Assembly: GCA_017302255.1 (NCBI GenBank)
Contig: JAFLDV010000001.1
Span: forward strand, 126,237 to 190,236
Length of the DNA stretch: 64,000 bases
Direction of reading: 5' to 3'
From: Gammaproteobacteria bacterium
GTDB taxonomy: Bacteria > Pseudomonadota > Gammaproteobacteria > Enterobacterales > Alteromonadaceae
Both the position numbers and the translations under genes were made by a program. Positions 8,656 through 17,081 of the stretch are shown one piece after another. Numbering within the stretch: position 1 is the first letter of the stretch; the number at the start of each line of letters is the position of its first letter. The notes beneath the pieces are model-generated. The model made no database searches, was not told where the DNA came from, and saw only the letters and a program-made list of their open reading frames with translations.

Positions 8656-11112
8656 TTAGAAGGTCCAGCCTAACTCTAAACCATACATCCTTGGCAAGCC
8701 TGGGGTGGCGATTGGCGAACCCACAGCCATTGCTTGGCCGCCTGTTTGGATAATGTATTTTTTATCCAGCAAGTTATTCACGTAGAGACCAACAAATAAT
8801 GGATGATTTTCGCTTTGCCAAACCACTTTGGTGTTAAGTAAACCAAAGGCGGAAATCGAGTTAAGCGCATCATCATTTAAGCCTTCAACGCTACCTTGTT
8901 CAAACGGCAGAATTGCTAATGTTGGGCCATCGACACCTTGAGTGCGGTCGCCGGTATAGCTGTAACTTAAGTGGAAGTTAAACTGACCGTTCATGCCCTT
9001 CACGTAGTAATCGATCGCTGCACTCGCTTGGTCTTCTGGCATCCCAGAAATTGGTTGTCCAACCTTGCTGCCACTGGTTTCCCAAGCGAAATATTGCCAG
9101 TTGGTATATTCGGTTTTGACATTGCCGTAGTTGGCGCTAATCAGCAAATCTTCGCTGGCTTGCCATTGCAGCTCGGTCTCAAAACCTTTGCCTTCGGCAT
9201 CAACGTTACGCAGGTTGTAGGTAGGGACATTGCCTGGCGCGCCAACCAACTCCAATTGCTGCAAGTTGGTATAGTCATATTGATAGGCGGACAGGTTTAA
9301 CCGTACTTTGTTATCCAACCATGTTGATTTCAAACCAATTTCAGAGTTCTTAACAGTCTCTTCTTTTACCGCGGGAGCTTCACCTAAAGTGTTAAAACCA
9401 CCGGCTTTAAAGCCTTCGGCGTATGACATATAGGTCATGACCTGATCGTTCCACTGGTAGTCTAGGACAACCCGAGGGGTAAACTTCGACCAATTTGCAT
9501 CTTGGTCAGCAGTTTGTGGCATAAAGGCAACTGCCAGTGGCACTTGGCCGACACCACCAAATGGTACTGTGAAGAAGTTTCTTGGCGCGCTGTGCAAGTA
9601 GAAATCTTTTTGATCAAAGGTGTACCGACCACCCAAAGTTAAATCAAGTTTATCGGTCACAGCATAGGTTGCATCGAAATAGATGGCCGAGCTGTCAGTC
9701 GTGCCTTCGTTTTCAAATTGCTCCATGTGTTGGCCCATGATTTTCAATTGGTTAGCCATAACCAACTGATTGCCGACAGTCGCTTGCGCTTGCGCAAAAG
9801 TCATGCCGCCCATCATTAACCGACCAATTTCGGTAGCAACTGCCTGACGCGCAGCTGGTGTTCCCATGGTCATATACGCGCCAGCAACGCCAGTGCCTAA
9901 TGGTAATTGCGACACCATGCGTGGATCGCCACCCATTTGCACAACAGCAAGGGCATCAAAGGTCAGCGTATTAAATGTTGCTTGAGTGATCTGTTCAATA
10001 TTTTCACGGAACCAGTTAGCGCCCAGAGTCCACTTCAGCTTGTCACCATTGTGACTTAAGCGGAATTCTTGACTGATTTGGTTTTGGTCTTCAATAAGGT
10101 TACTGGCGAAAAATGCGCGGGCAAAAGCAGAGCCGTCATCTTCCATCGCGTTGCCGCGGTCAAATTGACGATAAGCGGTAATTGAGGTGAACTTCATGTC
10201 CGAAATATCACGAGTATATTCTGCAGAGATACCAGCAACATCACGGCTTTCATGACCTTCGAAGTCGTATTCTATTGGACCAAATGGGTCGCCACTGCCA
10301 TAGCCAGTATTTAAGGTGACCGCCGGGCGCGCCTGTTGATCGATTTTTGAAACATCTGCTCGCACGACCAGGGCTGCACCTTGGTCAAGCGCCCATTCAA
10401 ACGAACTGCGCATCGACCAATCATTTTGGTTGCCATAACGAGTATCGCTATTTTTTACATCGAGATAGCCGTCACGAGTGTTGCGGTCAAAACTAAAACG
10501 CGCATTTAATGAATCGGTTAATGCCGAAGTCATTGATAACTCAAGTTTGCGCTTACCGTATTGACCTAAGGTCGCTTTAAATTGACCTTGTGGATCTGCG
10601 CTCGCGGCTTTGGTGATGATATGAATTGCACCAGCTGCCGAGTTGCGACCAAATAAGGTGCCTTGTGGACCTTTTAAGACTTCGACGCGCTCTACGTCAT
10701 TAAAGTTTAAGTTCGAGGTGCCCCGACGACCAACGTAAACACCATCGACATATACTGCAACTGCAGCGTCTAAACCGATCCCAAAGTCATTGGTCGAAAT
10801 ACCACGCACATTGAAAATTGTTTGCGTTGCTGTCGCGTTATTGGTTTCTAAACCTGGAGTGATGCGGCCCAAGTCATTGACGTTCACTAAGCCCATTTTT
10901 TCAATGGATTCGCTACTAAAGGCGGTGATGGCAATTGGTACTTGTTGGACGTTTTCCGCACGTTTTTGTGCAGTGACTTGAATAACTTCCAAACCTTGCT
11001 GTTCCTGCTCGGTTTGGCTTGAAGTTTCAACCATTTCTTCTGCATAAACGCTGACATTGGCAAGTGCCAATGAAACCGCGAGGCAAACTGGTGTGAGTGT
11101 GGTGAATTGCAT
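8656..11112 (-). CDS. TonB-dependent outer-membrane receptor
   Basis: Signal peptide MQFTTLTPVCLAVSLALANVSVYA. Plug and barrel motifs (TLFGRNSAAGAIHIITK). C-terminal ...YGLELGWTF ending in Phe. Start moved to the ATG at 11112, which has an AGGGGA RBS. Confidence 0.85.
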   Translation of the reverse strand: MQFTTLTPVCLAVSLALANVSVYAEEMVETSSQTEQEQQGLEVIQVTAQKRAENVQQVPIAITAFSSESIEKMGLVNVNDLGRITPGLETNNATATQTIFNVRGISTNDFGIGLDAAVAVYVDGVYVGRRGTSNLNFNDVERVEVLKGPQGTLFGRNSAAGAIHIITKAASADPQGQFKATLGQYGKRKLELSMTSALTDSLNARFSFDRNTRDGYLDVKNSDTRYGNQNDWSMRSSFEWALDQGAALVVRADVSKIDQQARPAVTLNTGYGSGDPFGPIEYDFEGHESRDVAGISAEYTRDISDMKFTSITAYRQFDRGNAMEDDGSAFARAFFASNLIEDQNQISQEFRLSHNGDKLKWTLGANWFRENIEQITQATFNTLTFDALAVVQMGGDPRMVSQLPLGTGVAGAYMTMGTPAARQAVATEIGRLMMGGMTFAQAQATVGNQLVMANQLKIMGQHMEQFENEGTTDSSAIYFDATYAVTDKLDLTLGGRYTFDQKDFYLHSAPRNFFTVPFGGVGQVPLAVAFMPQTADQDANWSKFTPRVVLDYQWNDQVMTYMSYAEGFKAGGFNTLGEAPAVKEETVKNSEIGLKSTWLDNKVRLNLSAYQYDYTNLQQLELVGAPGNVPTYNLRNVDAEGKGFETELQWQASEDLLISANYGNVKTEYTNWQYFAWETSGSKVGQPISGMPEDQASAAIDYYVKGMNGQFNFHLSYSYTGDRTQGVDGPTLAILPFEQGSVEGLNDDALNSISAFGLLNTKVVWQSENHPLFVGLYVNNLLDKKYIIQTGGQAMAVGSPIATPGLPRMYGLELGWTF

Positions 11113-11149
11113 ATCGTCCCCTGTTTTTCTGTTTTTCTGTTGATTCTTA

Positions 11150-12373
11150 TTATTGGTGAAGCATGGCTTCAGTCCGATTACGAGCGCCGGCAAGTAATAG
11201 AAAGGTGGTGATTGGCAGCCACAGTGCAGTAATCATTATCAGCACATTTTGTGGTATTAAAAATGACAACCCAACCAGTAACAGCACGTTTTTAGTCAAT
11301 TCAATGAGCACGTGCTGTGATCGCTGTTGTTGATAATAACCTTGGCAAAACAACATGCTGAGTAAGAAAAAACAGCCGGTGATGATTGTTGTGTTATCAA
11401 AGCTTGGCGCCATCAATAGGTAATACAGCACGACGGCAATCAGCGTCAGGTGTTGGCTAAAGGCGTAGATTTTTTGCCATTGACTTAGTGGTGAATCAAA
11501 TTTCACTTGCTGATACGGATTAAAGACTTTATTTGGGAATTTTTTGCGGACATCTTTTGGCCGCCAGCCAGTTTTCTTAAACCAAACCGCGATTTTGTCC
11601 TGCCAGCGCTCTGTGCGCCAACTGTCTTTGGCGAGCGCCCAATAGGTATCGATATTGGCCCAAATCGGGTTCCAACTCGCCAATGGTTTGGTGATGCCGA
11701 AAATCACCGGTTCGTTATCGAGTTCCGCTTGGAAAGTACCAAACCATTTATCCCAAAGGATAAAAACACCGCCATGGTTTTTATTCATATAAAGCGGGTT
11801 TTGTGCATGATGCACGCGGTGGTGACTTGGCGTCACAAAGATTGCTTCGTACCAAGCTGGCATGCGGTTGATGTGACGCGTATGCACCCAAAATTGGTAG
11901 ATTAAGTTCAGCGACCCAACAGTCACTAACATGTAAGGATCAATGCCAATTAACGCCATTGGCAAATAAAACATGAAACCAAAGAAACCACCACTGGTTT
12001 GCCGTAGTGCAGTGGTTAAGTTGTATTCTTCGCTTTGGTGATGAACGACATGACCCGCCCATAGCACATTGATTTCATGACTCATCCTATGAAACCAGTA
12101 ATAACTAAAGTCGTAGGCAATAAAGGCAAAAGCCCAAACCCACATTGAGTCGAGCCCAAGTTGGATTGGAGAAATATTCTGATAAATCAACACATAAAAA
12201 CTAATTTGAATGGTTTTTAGTGCGACGGCAGTGATTTGGCTCATCATGCCCAAATTCAGCGAATTCAACGCATCATTAAAGCGATAAGTCAGTTTTTGCT
12301 TGCGCCAATCTAGCCAGAGCTCTAGCAGGATTAAGGCGAAAAATAGTGGAATAGCGTAAATGATCAGGCTCAT
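11150..12373 (-). CDS. sterol desaturase / fatty-acid hydroxylase superfamily membrane protein
   Basis: Histidine boxes HRMSHEINVLWAGHVVHHQSEEYN and HHRVHH within multi-TM protein. Confidence 0.75.
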   Translation of the reverse strand: MSLIIYAIPLFFALILLELWLDWRKQKLTYRFNDALNSLNLGMMSQITAVALKTIQISFYVLIYQNISPIQLGLDSMWVWAFAFIAYDFSYYWFHRMSHEINVLWAGHVVHHQSEEYNLTTALRQTSGGFFGFMFYLPMALIGIDPYMLVTVGSLNLIYQFWVHTRHINRMPAWYEAIFVTPSHHRVHHAQNPLYMNKNHGGVFILWDKWFGTFQAELDNEPVIFGITKPLASWNPIWANIDTYWALAKDSWRTERWQDKIAVWFKKTGWRPKDVRKKFPNKVFNPYQQVKFDSPLSQWQKIYAFSQHLTLIAVVLYYLLMAPSFDNTTIITGCFFLLSMLFCQGYYQQQRSQHVLIELTKNVLLLVGLSFLIPQNVLIMITALWLPITTFLLLAGARNRTEAMLHQ

Positions 12374-12628
12374 AGGTTATTTAGTTATAAGTTATACCCA
12401 ACTGTTCAGACCAGACTAGCAGAGCGGTATGAATTGTCTATGGTTTTTTTTGTTAGAAATTGCGGCAAAAAAGCTGAAAAATTAAGCGATCCTCGCCATT
12501 TGTGCGAAATATAGTGGTTCAATGCAGCTAATTTGTAAATTTATATTTTCTTAAATGTTTAAGTTTTCTGTGGTGGTTTTTGACTATCGTCGGTGCACTT
12601 TTCGACTTGCAGTCGGCATGCTAGTTTT

Positions 12629-12757
12629 GCCGTTACTTTCTTTGATGCCAAAGAAAGTAACCAAAGACCACAATTCCTGCCGTTACTTTCTTTGATGCCA
12701 AAGTACACAGATTTGCCGATACTTTCTTTGATGCCAAAGAAAGTAACCAAAGAAAGG
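12629..12757. repeat. three direct copies of a hairpin motif (GCCGwTACTTTCTTTG-atgc-CAAAGAAAGTAACCAAAGA) at 12629, 12679 (partly degenerate) and 12715
   Basis: Direct reading shows spacing of 50 and 36 bp. Each copy holds a 12-bp-stem hairpin. The motif is related to the palindrome at 1231-1266. Confidence 0.7.
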
Positions 12758-13348
12758 CACCCCGGATCGCTCGAAAGCCCGAAGCAAATTCAAGTCTTTA
12801 AGGCACGGGCGAAACTCGCGGGCCGCTAGCGTCGGCCCGCTCAAACAGTCGCCCGTTTAAAACCTTAAAGTCTTGTTTTGCTCCGGCTCGCTTTACGGGG
12901 CCGTGAAGAGCAAGAGAGTTAGAAAAGCAAAAGCTCGTTTCTCTTGCTTTTGAACCCGCTATACCGAGCCGTTGGAAGATGCTGATCTGAAGTTTTAAGA
13001 AAACAACCGTCAAAACCAACATCTATTTGTGCCTTGCTGTCCCCTTCGGCCCCGTTGCAGCGAGCCGATGGAAAATGCTGTTCTGAGGTTTTAAGAAGAC
13101 GGTAGGCATAACCAATACCGATTTGTGCCTCGCTGTTGCTCTTCGGCCCCGTTGTAGCGAGCCGTTGGAAAATGCTGTTCTGAGGTTTTAAGAAAACGGC
13201 TGTTTGAGCTTGCTGACGTTAGCAGCAAGCGAGTTCCGTTTTCGCCTCAGAGCGGCAATTTTCCAGCGGGCTTTATACGGGCTTCGCCCTATCCTTCGGA
13301 CCCGCTAAAGCGGTTCAGCGCAAGCGCTGTCGAGCGATCCGGGGTGCC
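12756..13348. repeat. 593-bp non-coding segment bounded by 23-bp terminal inverted repeats (MITE-like or large structured RNA)
   Basis: GGCACCCCGGATCGCTCGAAAGC at 12756-12778 versus its reverse complement at 13326-13348 (22/23 match). The interior is packed with nested palindromes and a 97-bp tandem repeat. No convincing ORF. Confidence 0.4.
12965..13198. repeat. tandem repeat, period 96-97 bp, about 2.4 copies
   Basis: Units begin with CGAGCCG(A/T)TGGAAAATGCTG(T/A)TCTGAGGTTTTAAGAA at 12965, 13061 and 13158. The inter-unit parts also align (ATTTGTGCCT(T/C)GCTGT...CTTCGGCCCCGTTG(C/T)AG). Confidence 0.7.
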
Positions 13349-13443
13349 TTTGTAAAACCTACGGTTTTACCCCTTTGGGGCCAGCTAAAGCTGTCCAAAA
13401 CCGCTTCGCAGTTATGCCCATCAAACAATTTCAATTTTTGTTG

Positions 13444-13502
13444 TTGACAAAAATATCCAGCATTACTACATTTGTAGAAATCAAAACTACAAACGTAGTA
13501 AT
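13444..13502 (+). promoter_or_regulatory. blaI-like promoter with two BlaI/MecI-type operator dyads
   Basis: -35 TTGACA (13444-49), 17-bp spacer, -10 TACATT (13467-72). Dyad 1 CTACAttTGTAG (13466-77) overlaps the -10. Dyad 2 TACTACaaacGTAGTA (13486-13501) overlaps the SD just before the ATG at 13513. TACA/TGTA half-sites are the known BlaI/MecI/CopY box type. Confidence 0.55.
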
Positions 13503-13512
13503 AAGGTGAATC

Positions 13513-13884
13513 ATGAAGCTGAGTGAATTTGAACTTGATGTGATGCAGTTGCTTTGGCAGCACGAACCGAGTACTGCTGCGCAATTGCATGAGTATTTGT
13601 CTGCCAATAAAAAGGTGGCTTATACCACGGTGAAAACTATTGTCGACCGCTTGGAGCAGAAGGGCGCTGTTGAACGCGTTGGGCAACAAGGTCGCTCCAT
13701 TATTTATCGATCGATCGTTGCGCAAAGCACTATGTCTGACCAAGTAACACCAGGCTTTATGCAGCGCTTTTTTGGTGGCGACTCAAGAAGTTTTATCGCT
13801 CATTTTATTCAGCAAGAAGAACTAAATGAAGACGATATCAACTACTTACAAACCTTATTGAAGAACAAAAAACAAGCGAAGTAG
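13513..13884 (+). CDS. BlaI/MecI/CopY-family winged-helix transcriptional repressor
   Basis: 123 aa; LSEFELDVMQLLWQHEPSTAAQLHEYLSANKKVAYTTVKTIVDRLEQKG matches the penicillinase-repressor family fold and motif order. Confidence 0.8.
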   Translation: MKLSEFELDVMQLLWQHEPSTAAQLHEYLSANKKVAYTTVKTIVDRLEQKGAVERVGQQGRSIIYRSIVAQSTMSDQVTPGFMQRFFGGDSRSFIAHFIQQEELNEDDINYLQTLLKNKKQAK

Positions 13885-13894
13885 GTGCAATTTT

Positions 13895-15496
13895 ATGCTG
13901 GATTATTTAATCACTTGTGTTGCGATTAGCCTAAGCGCATTGGCTGCGGTTTGGGGGCTCAAACAAGCGCCAGCCAGAGTTGGATTTTATCTGCTCATGC
14001 TGGCGTTGATGAGTTGGTTTGTGCCTTGGCAGTGGCTGCCCGACACAGCGCTGCCCGAGGTTAGTGCGGAAGCTTGGTTGCTTCTTGGCTCTGTGGATCT
14101 GCAAACGCCGCTTTTAGCCCAAGCAGCCACGGTAGCCGCTTCATCGTCAGAGCAAATCCACTGGTTTCAACAGCTGACATTTGGCCATCTTGCCGCTGCA
14201 TTGTTTGGTACAGGATTAGTTTTATTTGCTTGGCGACTTTTCAACTATCTGTTGTTAATTAATCGCTTAGAGCACAGTGCCATGCAGAAAAATCAGCGCG
14301 ACGTCGATGGTGTTCAATATCCGATCCACGTGACGCAGCTGTTCACCCCAGCTATTGCGACCGGAATTTTTAAACCCACTATTTGGGTGGATAGTCAGTT
14401 ACTTCAACGCGACGAATTACCTTCAGTGCTGTTGCACGAGGCTACGCATATTAAACAGGGCGACCTTGTGTGGATATGGCTGATTTGTCTGTCGGAAAGT
14501 TTGTTTTGGTGGAATCCATTGAGCCGATTATTGGCATCAAAAGCCCGGCAGAAGTTGGAGCTTAGTTGTGACGAACAGTGTTATGCCAAGCTTAAACAAC
14601 AGTACCAATTAGACCTAGCGAGCTTATTGCTGCGACCACTCGCCGAGTCATCTGCTCAGCCACAGCATTGTGCGCAGGTGCTAAATATGGTCAACAGCAA
14701 AGATTTTAATGTGCAAAGAGTAAAAATGTTAAACAAGGAAAAAGTTATGAAGATGAAACATTTAGCTATCGTTATTGCCGCTTTATCAGTAAGTGCCGTT
14801 GCTGCAACCGCCATCGCTGCCAGTGAGTCCGTGGTGACGACGGATAAAATCGCTGTTGACCAGCCAAGTTTTAGTGCTGCATTTACCGATCAGCAGTCGA
14901 GCTTGTTAAAAGCTGCATTAAATGCCAAAAGTACGCAACCAGCGGAGTTAACTCAAGTTGTTGCCAATATCAACGCCTGGCAGAAAAATCGGATGCCGTT
15001 AATCGGCCGCGAAGAAGCGATGTTAAAGCTACAAGCTTTTAGTTTGTTAGCCCATGTCCAGCATAGATTAGGTTTATATCAGGATGTGATTAGCGATTTT
15101 GCCAGCTGGTACCCAGAAGGTTCTAAGGCGCCATTTTTCCTGCGGAACATCACCGCAATGTCATATTTGCAACTGAAACAACCTGATCTGGCACTCAATG
15201 AGTTGGCGATATTGCAATCCGAGATCGGCGACGATATTCGCCCTGGTTCAGTGCAGTTATTGGCAAAGGTTTACATTCAAAAAGGTGATTACGCTCAGGC
15301 GCTTGCTGCGCTGAATCACCCGGTAGTTCAAGATCACACCACCACGAATATGCTGAAATACTACATCTATACGCAGCAGAATGATGAGGTGCAGTTAGCG
15401 AAAATTAAAGCGCAGTTACCACAAGCGATTGCCAACAAACCTGCCGAGTTGCCGGATATCGGTGTGCCGGGCTCACCTCTGCTGGTAAAACTTTAA
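13895..15496 (+). CDS. BlaR1-like M56 peptidase-domain membrane signal transducer with C-terminal TPR-like periplasmic domain
   Basis: Four N-terminal TM helices. HEXXH zinc motif LLHEATHIKQGD followed by WWNPL (M56 family hallmarks). Second signal-like hydrophobic segment, then about 230 aa of helical repeats. 11 bp downstream of the repressor gene. Confidence 0.75.
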   Translation: MLDYLITCVAISLSALAAVWGLKQAPARVGFYLLMLALMSWFVPWQWLPDTALPEVSAEAWLLLGSVDLQTPLLAQAATVAASSSEQIHWFQQLTFGHLAAALFGTGLVLFAWRLFNYLLLINRLEHSAMQKNQRDVDGVQYPIHVTQLFTPAIATGIFKPTIWVDSQLLQRDELPSVLLHEATHIKQGDLVWIWLICLSESLFWWNPLSRLLASKARQKLELSCDEQCYAKLKQQYQLDLASLLLRPLAESSAQPQHCAQVLNMVNSKDFNVQRVKMLNKEKVMKMKHLAIVIAALSVSAVAATAIAASESVVTTDKIAVDQPSFSAAFTDQQSSLLKAALNAKSTQPAELTQVVANINAWQKNRMPLIGREEAMLKLQAFSLLAHVQHRLGLYQDVISDFASWYPEGSKAPFFLRNITAMSYLQLKQPDLALNELAILQSEIGDDIRPGSVQLLAKVYIQKGDYAQALAALNHPVVQDHTTTNMLKYYIYTQQNDEVQLAKIKAQLPQAIANKPAELPDIGVPGSPLLVKL

Positions 15497-15527
15497 TATC
15501 CAAATTCGCTTCAGAGTATTGCGCTAG

Positions 15528-15565
15528 ACCAGCGTCATGTCGGCCTTAGGCCGCAATGACGCTGG
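15528..15565. terminator. hairpin between convergent genes (possible terminator)
   Basis: CCAGCGTCATgtcggccttaggccgcaATGACGCTGG 10-bp stem with an inner palindrome. Only a weak T-run (cagttttag) on the plus side, none on the minus side. Confidence 0.35.
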
Positions 15566-15593
15566 CAGTTTTAGCGAAAGGTTGTTCATCACC

Positions 15594-16940
15594 CTAGCGC
15601 ATCGTCACCAGCTCTTCTGCGGAAGTAGGATGAATCGCCACGCAGTTATCAAAATCGGCTTTGGTAGCGCCCATTTTGATGGCGACAGCAAAACCTTGCA
15701 GCATTTCGTCGGCGCCATAGCCAATGATATGCAGACCGACGATTTTTTCATTGCTGCCGGCACACACCAACTTCATGCGTGTTGGCTCGCGGTGCGAGGT
15801 TAGTGCGCGATACATCGCAGTAAATTCACTTTGGTAAATTTTCACGCTATCGCCGTATTGTTGCCGCGCTTGCGCTTCGGTTAAGCCAATAGTGCCGATT
15901 GGTGGATGCGAAAATACCACTGTTGGCACTAAATCATAGTTAAGGTGCTCAGTCGGTTTATTGTTAAATAATCGCTCGGCGAGGCGTCGTCCTGCAGCAA
16001 CCGCAACAGGGGTTAATGCCACACGACCAGTGTTATCACCCACTGCATAAATATTTGGCACATTAGTGTTTTGATATTGATCGGTTGGAATAAAGCCTTG
16101 TTGATCAGTGCTAACCCCGGCAGCAGCTAGGTTTAAGTCAAAGGTATGCGGGACTCGACCAATGGCCCAAATTAAGCAATCAACTTCCAGCACAAAGCCA
16201 TTTTGTAAATGCACTAACAAGCTGCCGTCACTTGCGCGCTCGATGCTGGTGACTTGGCTTTGCGGGTGCAATTGGCAACCGTGTTGTTGCATTAAATCGC
16301 GCAAGGTATCACTCAAGATATCGTCAAAATGACGCAGCGCTTTTTCATGACGCACCAATAAATGTGTTTGCGCGCCCAGCGCTTGTAGCACGCCGGCAAT
16401 TTCAACTGCGATATAACCGGCACCAACTACTGCAACTCTTTTCGGACATTGTTGCAAAGCAAAAAAGCCATCGCTATCGATGCCAAGTTCAGCGCCTGGG
16501 ATTTGCGGCCAATCTGGTTTGCCGCCAGTGGCGATACAAATGTGGTCGGCACTGTAACGTTTGCCATCCACTTCGACGGTATTGGCATCGATAAATCGGG
16601 CAAAGCCTTGAATGACTTTGACATTGTTTTTAGCTAAAACTCGATCGTAAGAACCATGAATACGGCTGATATAAGCGTCGCGGCTAGCCAACAACGTTGT
16701 CCAATCTAGACTCGAGGCTTGAATATTAAACCCATAATCAGGCGCTAAGGTCAGCGCTTCGGCGATTTGACCGGCAAACCACATGGCTTTTTTCGGCACA
16801 CAACCAACATTCACGCAGGTGCCACCAAGGGCTTTGGCTTCGATGATTGCACATTTTTTTCCGTAACTGGCAGCTCGGTTGGCGCTGGCAATGCCGCCGC
16901 TACCACCACCAATAGCCAGATAATCAAAGTGTTCGGTCAT
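15594..16940 (-). CDS. gor: glutathione-disulfide reductase
   Basis: FAD motif [11 protein letters not shown], redox-active disulfide [14 protein letters not shown]-terminal [12 protein letters not shown]. 448 aa. Confidence 0.9.
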   Translation of the reverse strand: MTEHFDYLAIGGGSGGIASANRAASYGKKCAIIEAKALGGTCVNVGCVPKKAMWFAGQIAEALTLAPDYGFNIQASSLDWTTLLASRDAYISRIHGSYDRVLAKNNVKVIQGFARFIDANTVEVDGKRYSADHICIATGGKPDWPQIPGAELGIDSDGFFALQQCPKRVAVVGAGYIAVEIAGVLQALGAQTHLLVRHEKALRHFDDILSDTLRDLMQQHGCQLHPQSQVTSIERASDGSLLVHLQNGFVLEVDCLIWAIGRVPHTFDLNLAAAGVSTDQQGFIPTDQYQNTNVPNIYAVGDNTGRVALTPVAVAAGRRLAERLFNNKPTEHLNYDLVPTVVFSHPPIGTIGLTEAQARQQYGDSVKIYQSEFTAMYRALTSHREPTRMKLVCAGSNEKIVGLHIIGYGADEMLQGFAVAIKMGATKADFDNCVAIHPTSAEELVTMR

Positions 16941-17081
16941 GTTGAATTCTCGTTGCTAAATTGCTTGCTTGTTATAGGGGGCGCCACCACAAAAAACAAG
17001 GGGTAAAAAACAACGGCGCGGTTCTAGATGGCTTATTGCAGTTGGTAGTATTACTGTATACTGATACAGTGATGACGGAAT

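Noticed and set aside
8971-9300. ORFs antisense to the TonB receptor (8971..9300, 10790..10981), antisense to the MCP (6176..6382, 6915..7295, 7102..7359) and 13315..13743 antisense to blaI
   Set aside because: All lie inside and opposite strongly supported CDSs and have no independent support.
12559-13022. ORF-track CDSs 12559..12750(-), 12593..12829(+), 12798..13022(-)
   Set aside because: They translate the hairpin and tandem repeats (reiterated LSLMPK and similar). They overlap one another on both strands and lack RBSs, so they are artefacts of the repeat region.
12629-13198. Possible CRISPR array
   Set aside because: The repeats are degenerate and irregularly spaced (50, 36, 96 and 97 bp), and the 'spacers' are themselves related to each other. 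There is no regular repeat-spacer periodicity and no cas genes in the window.
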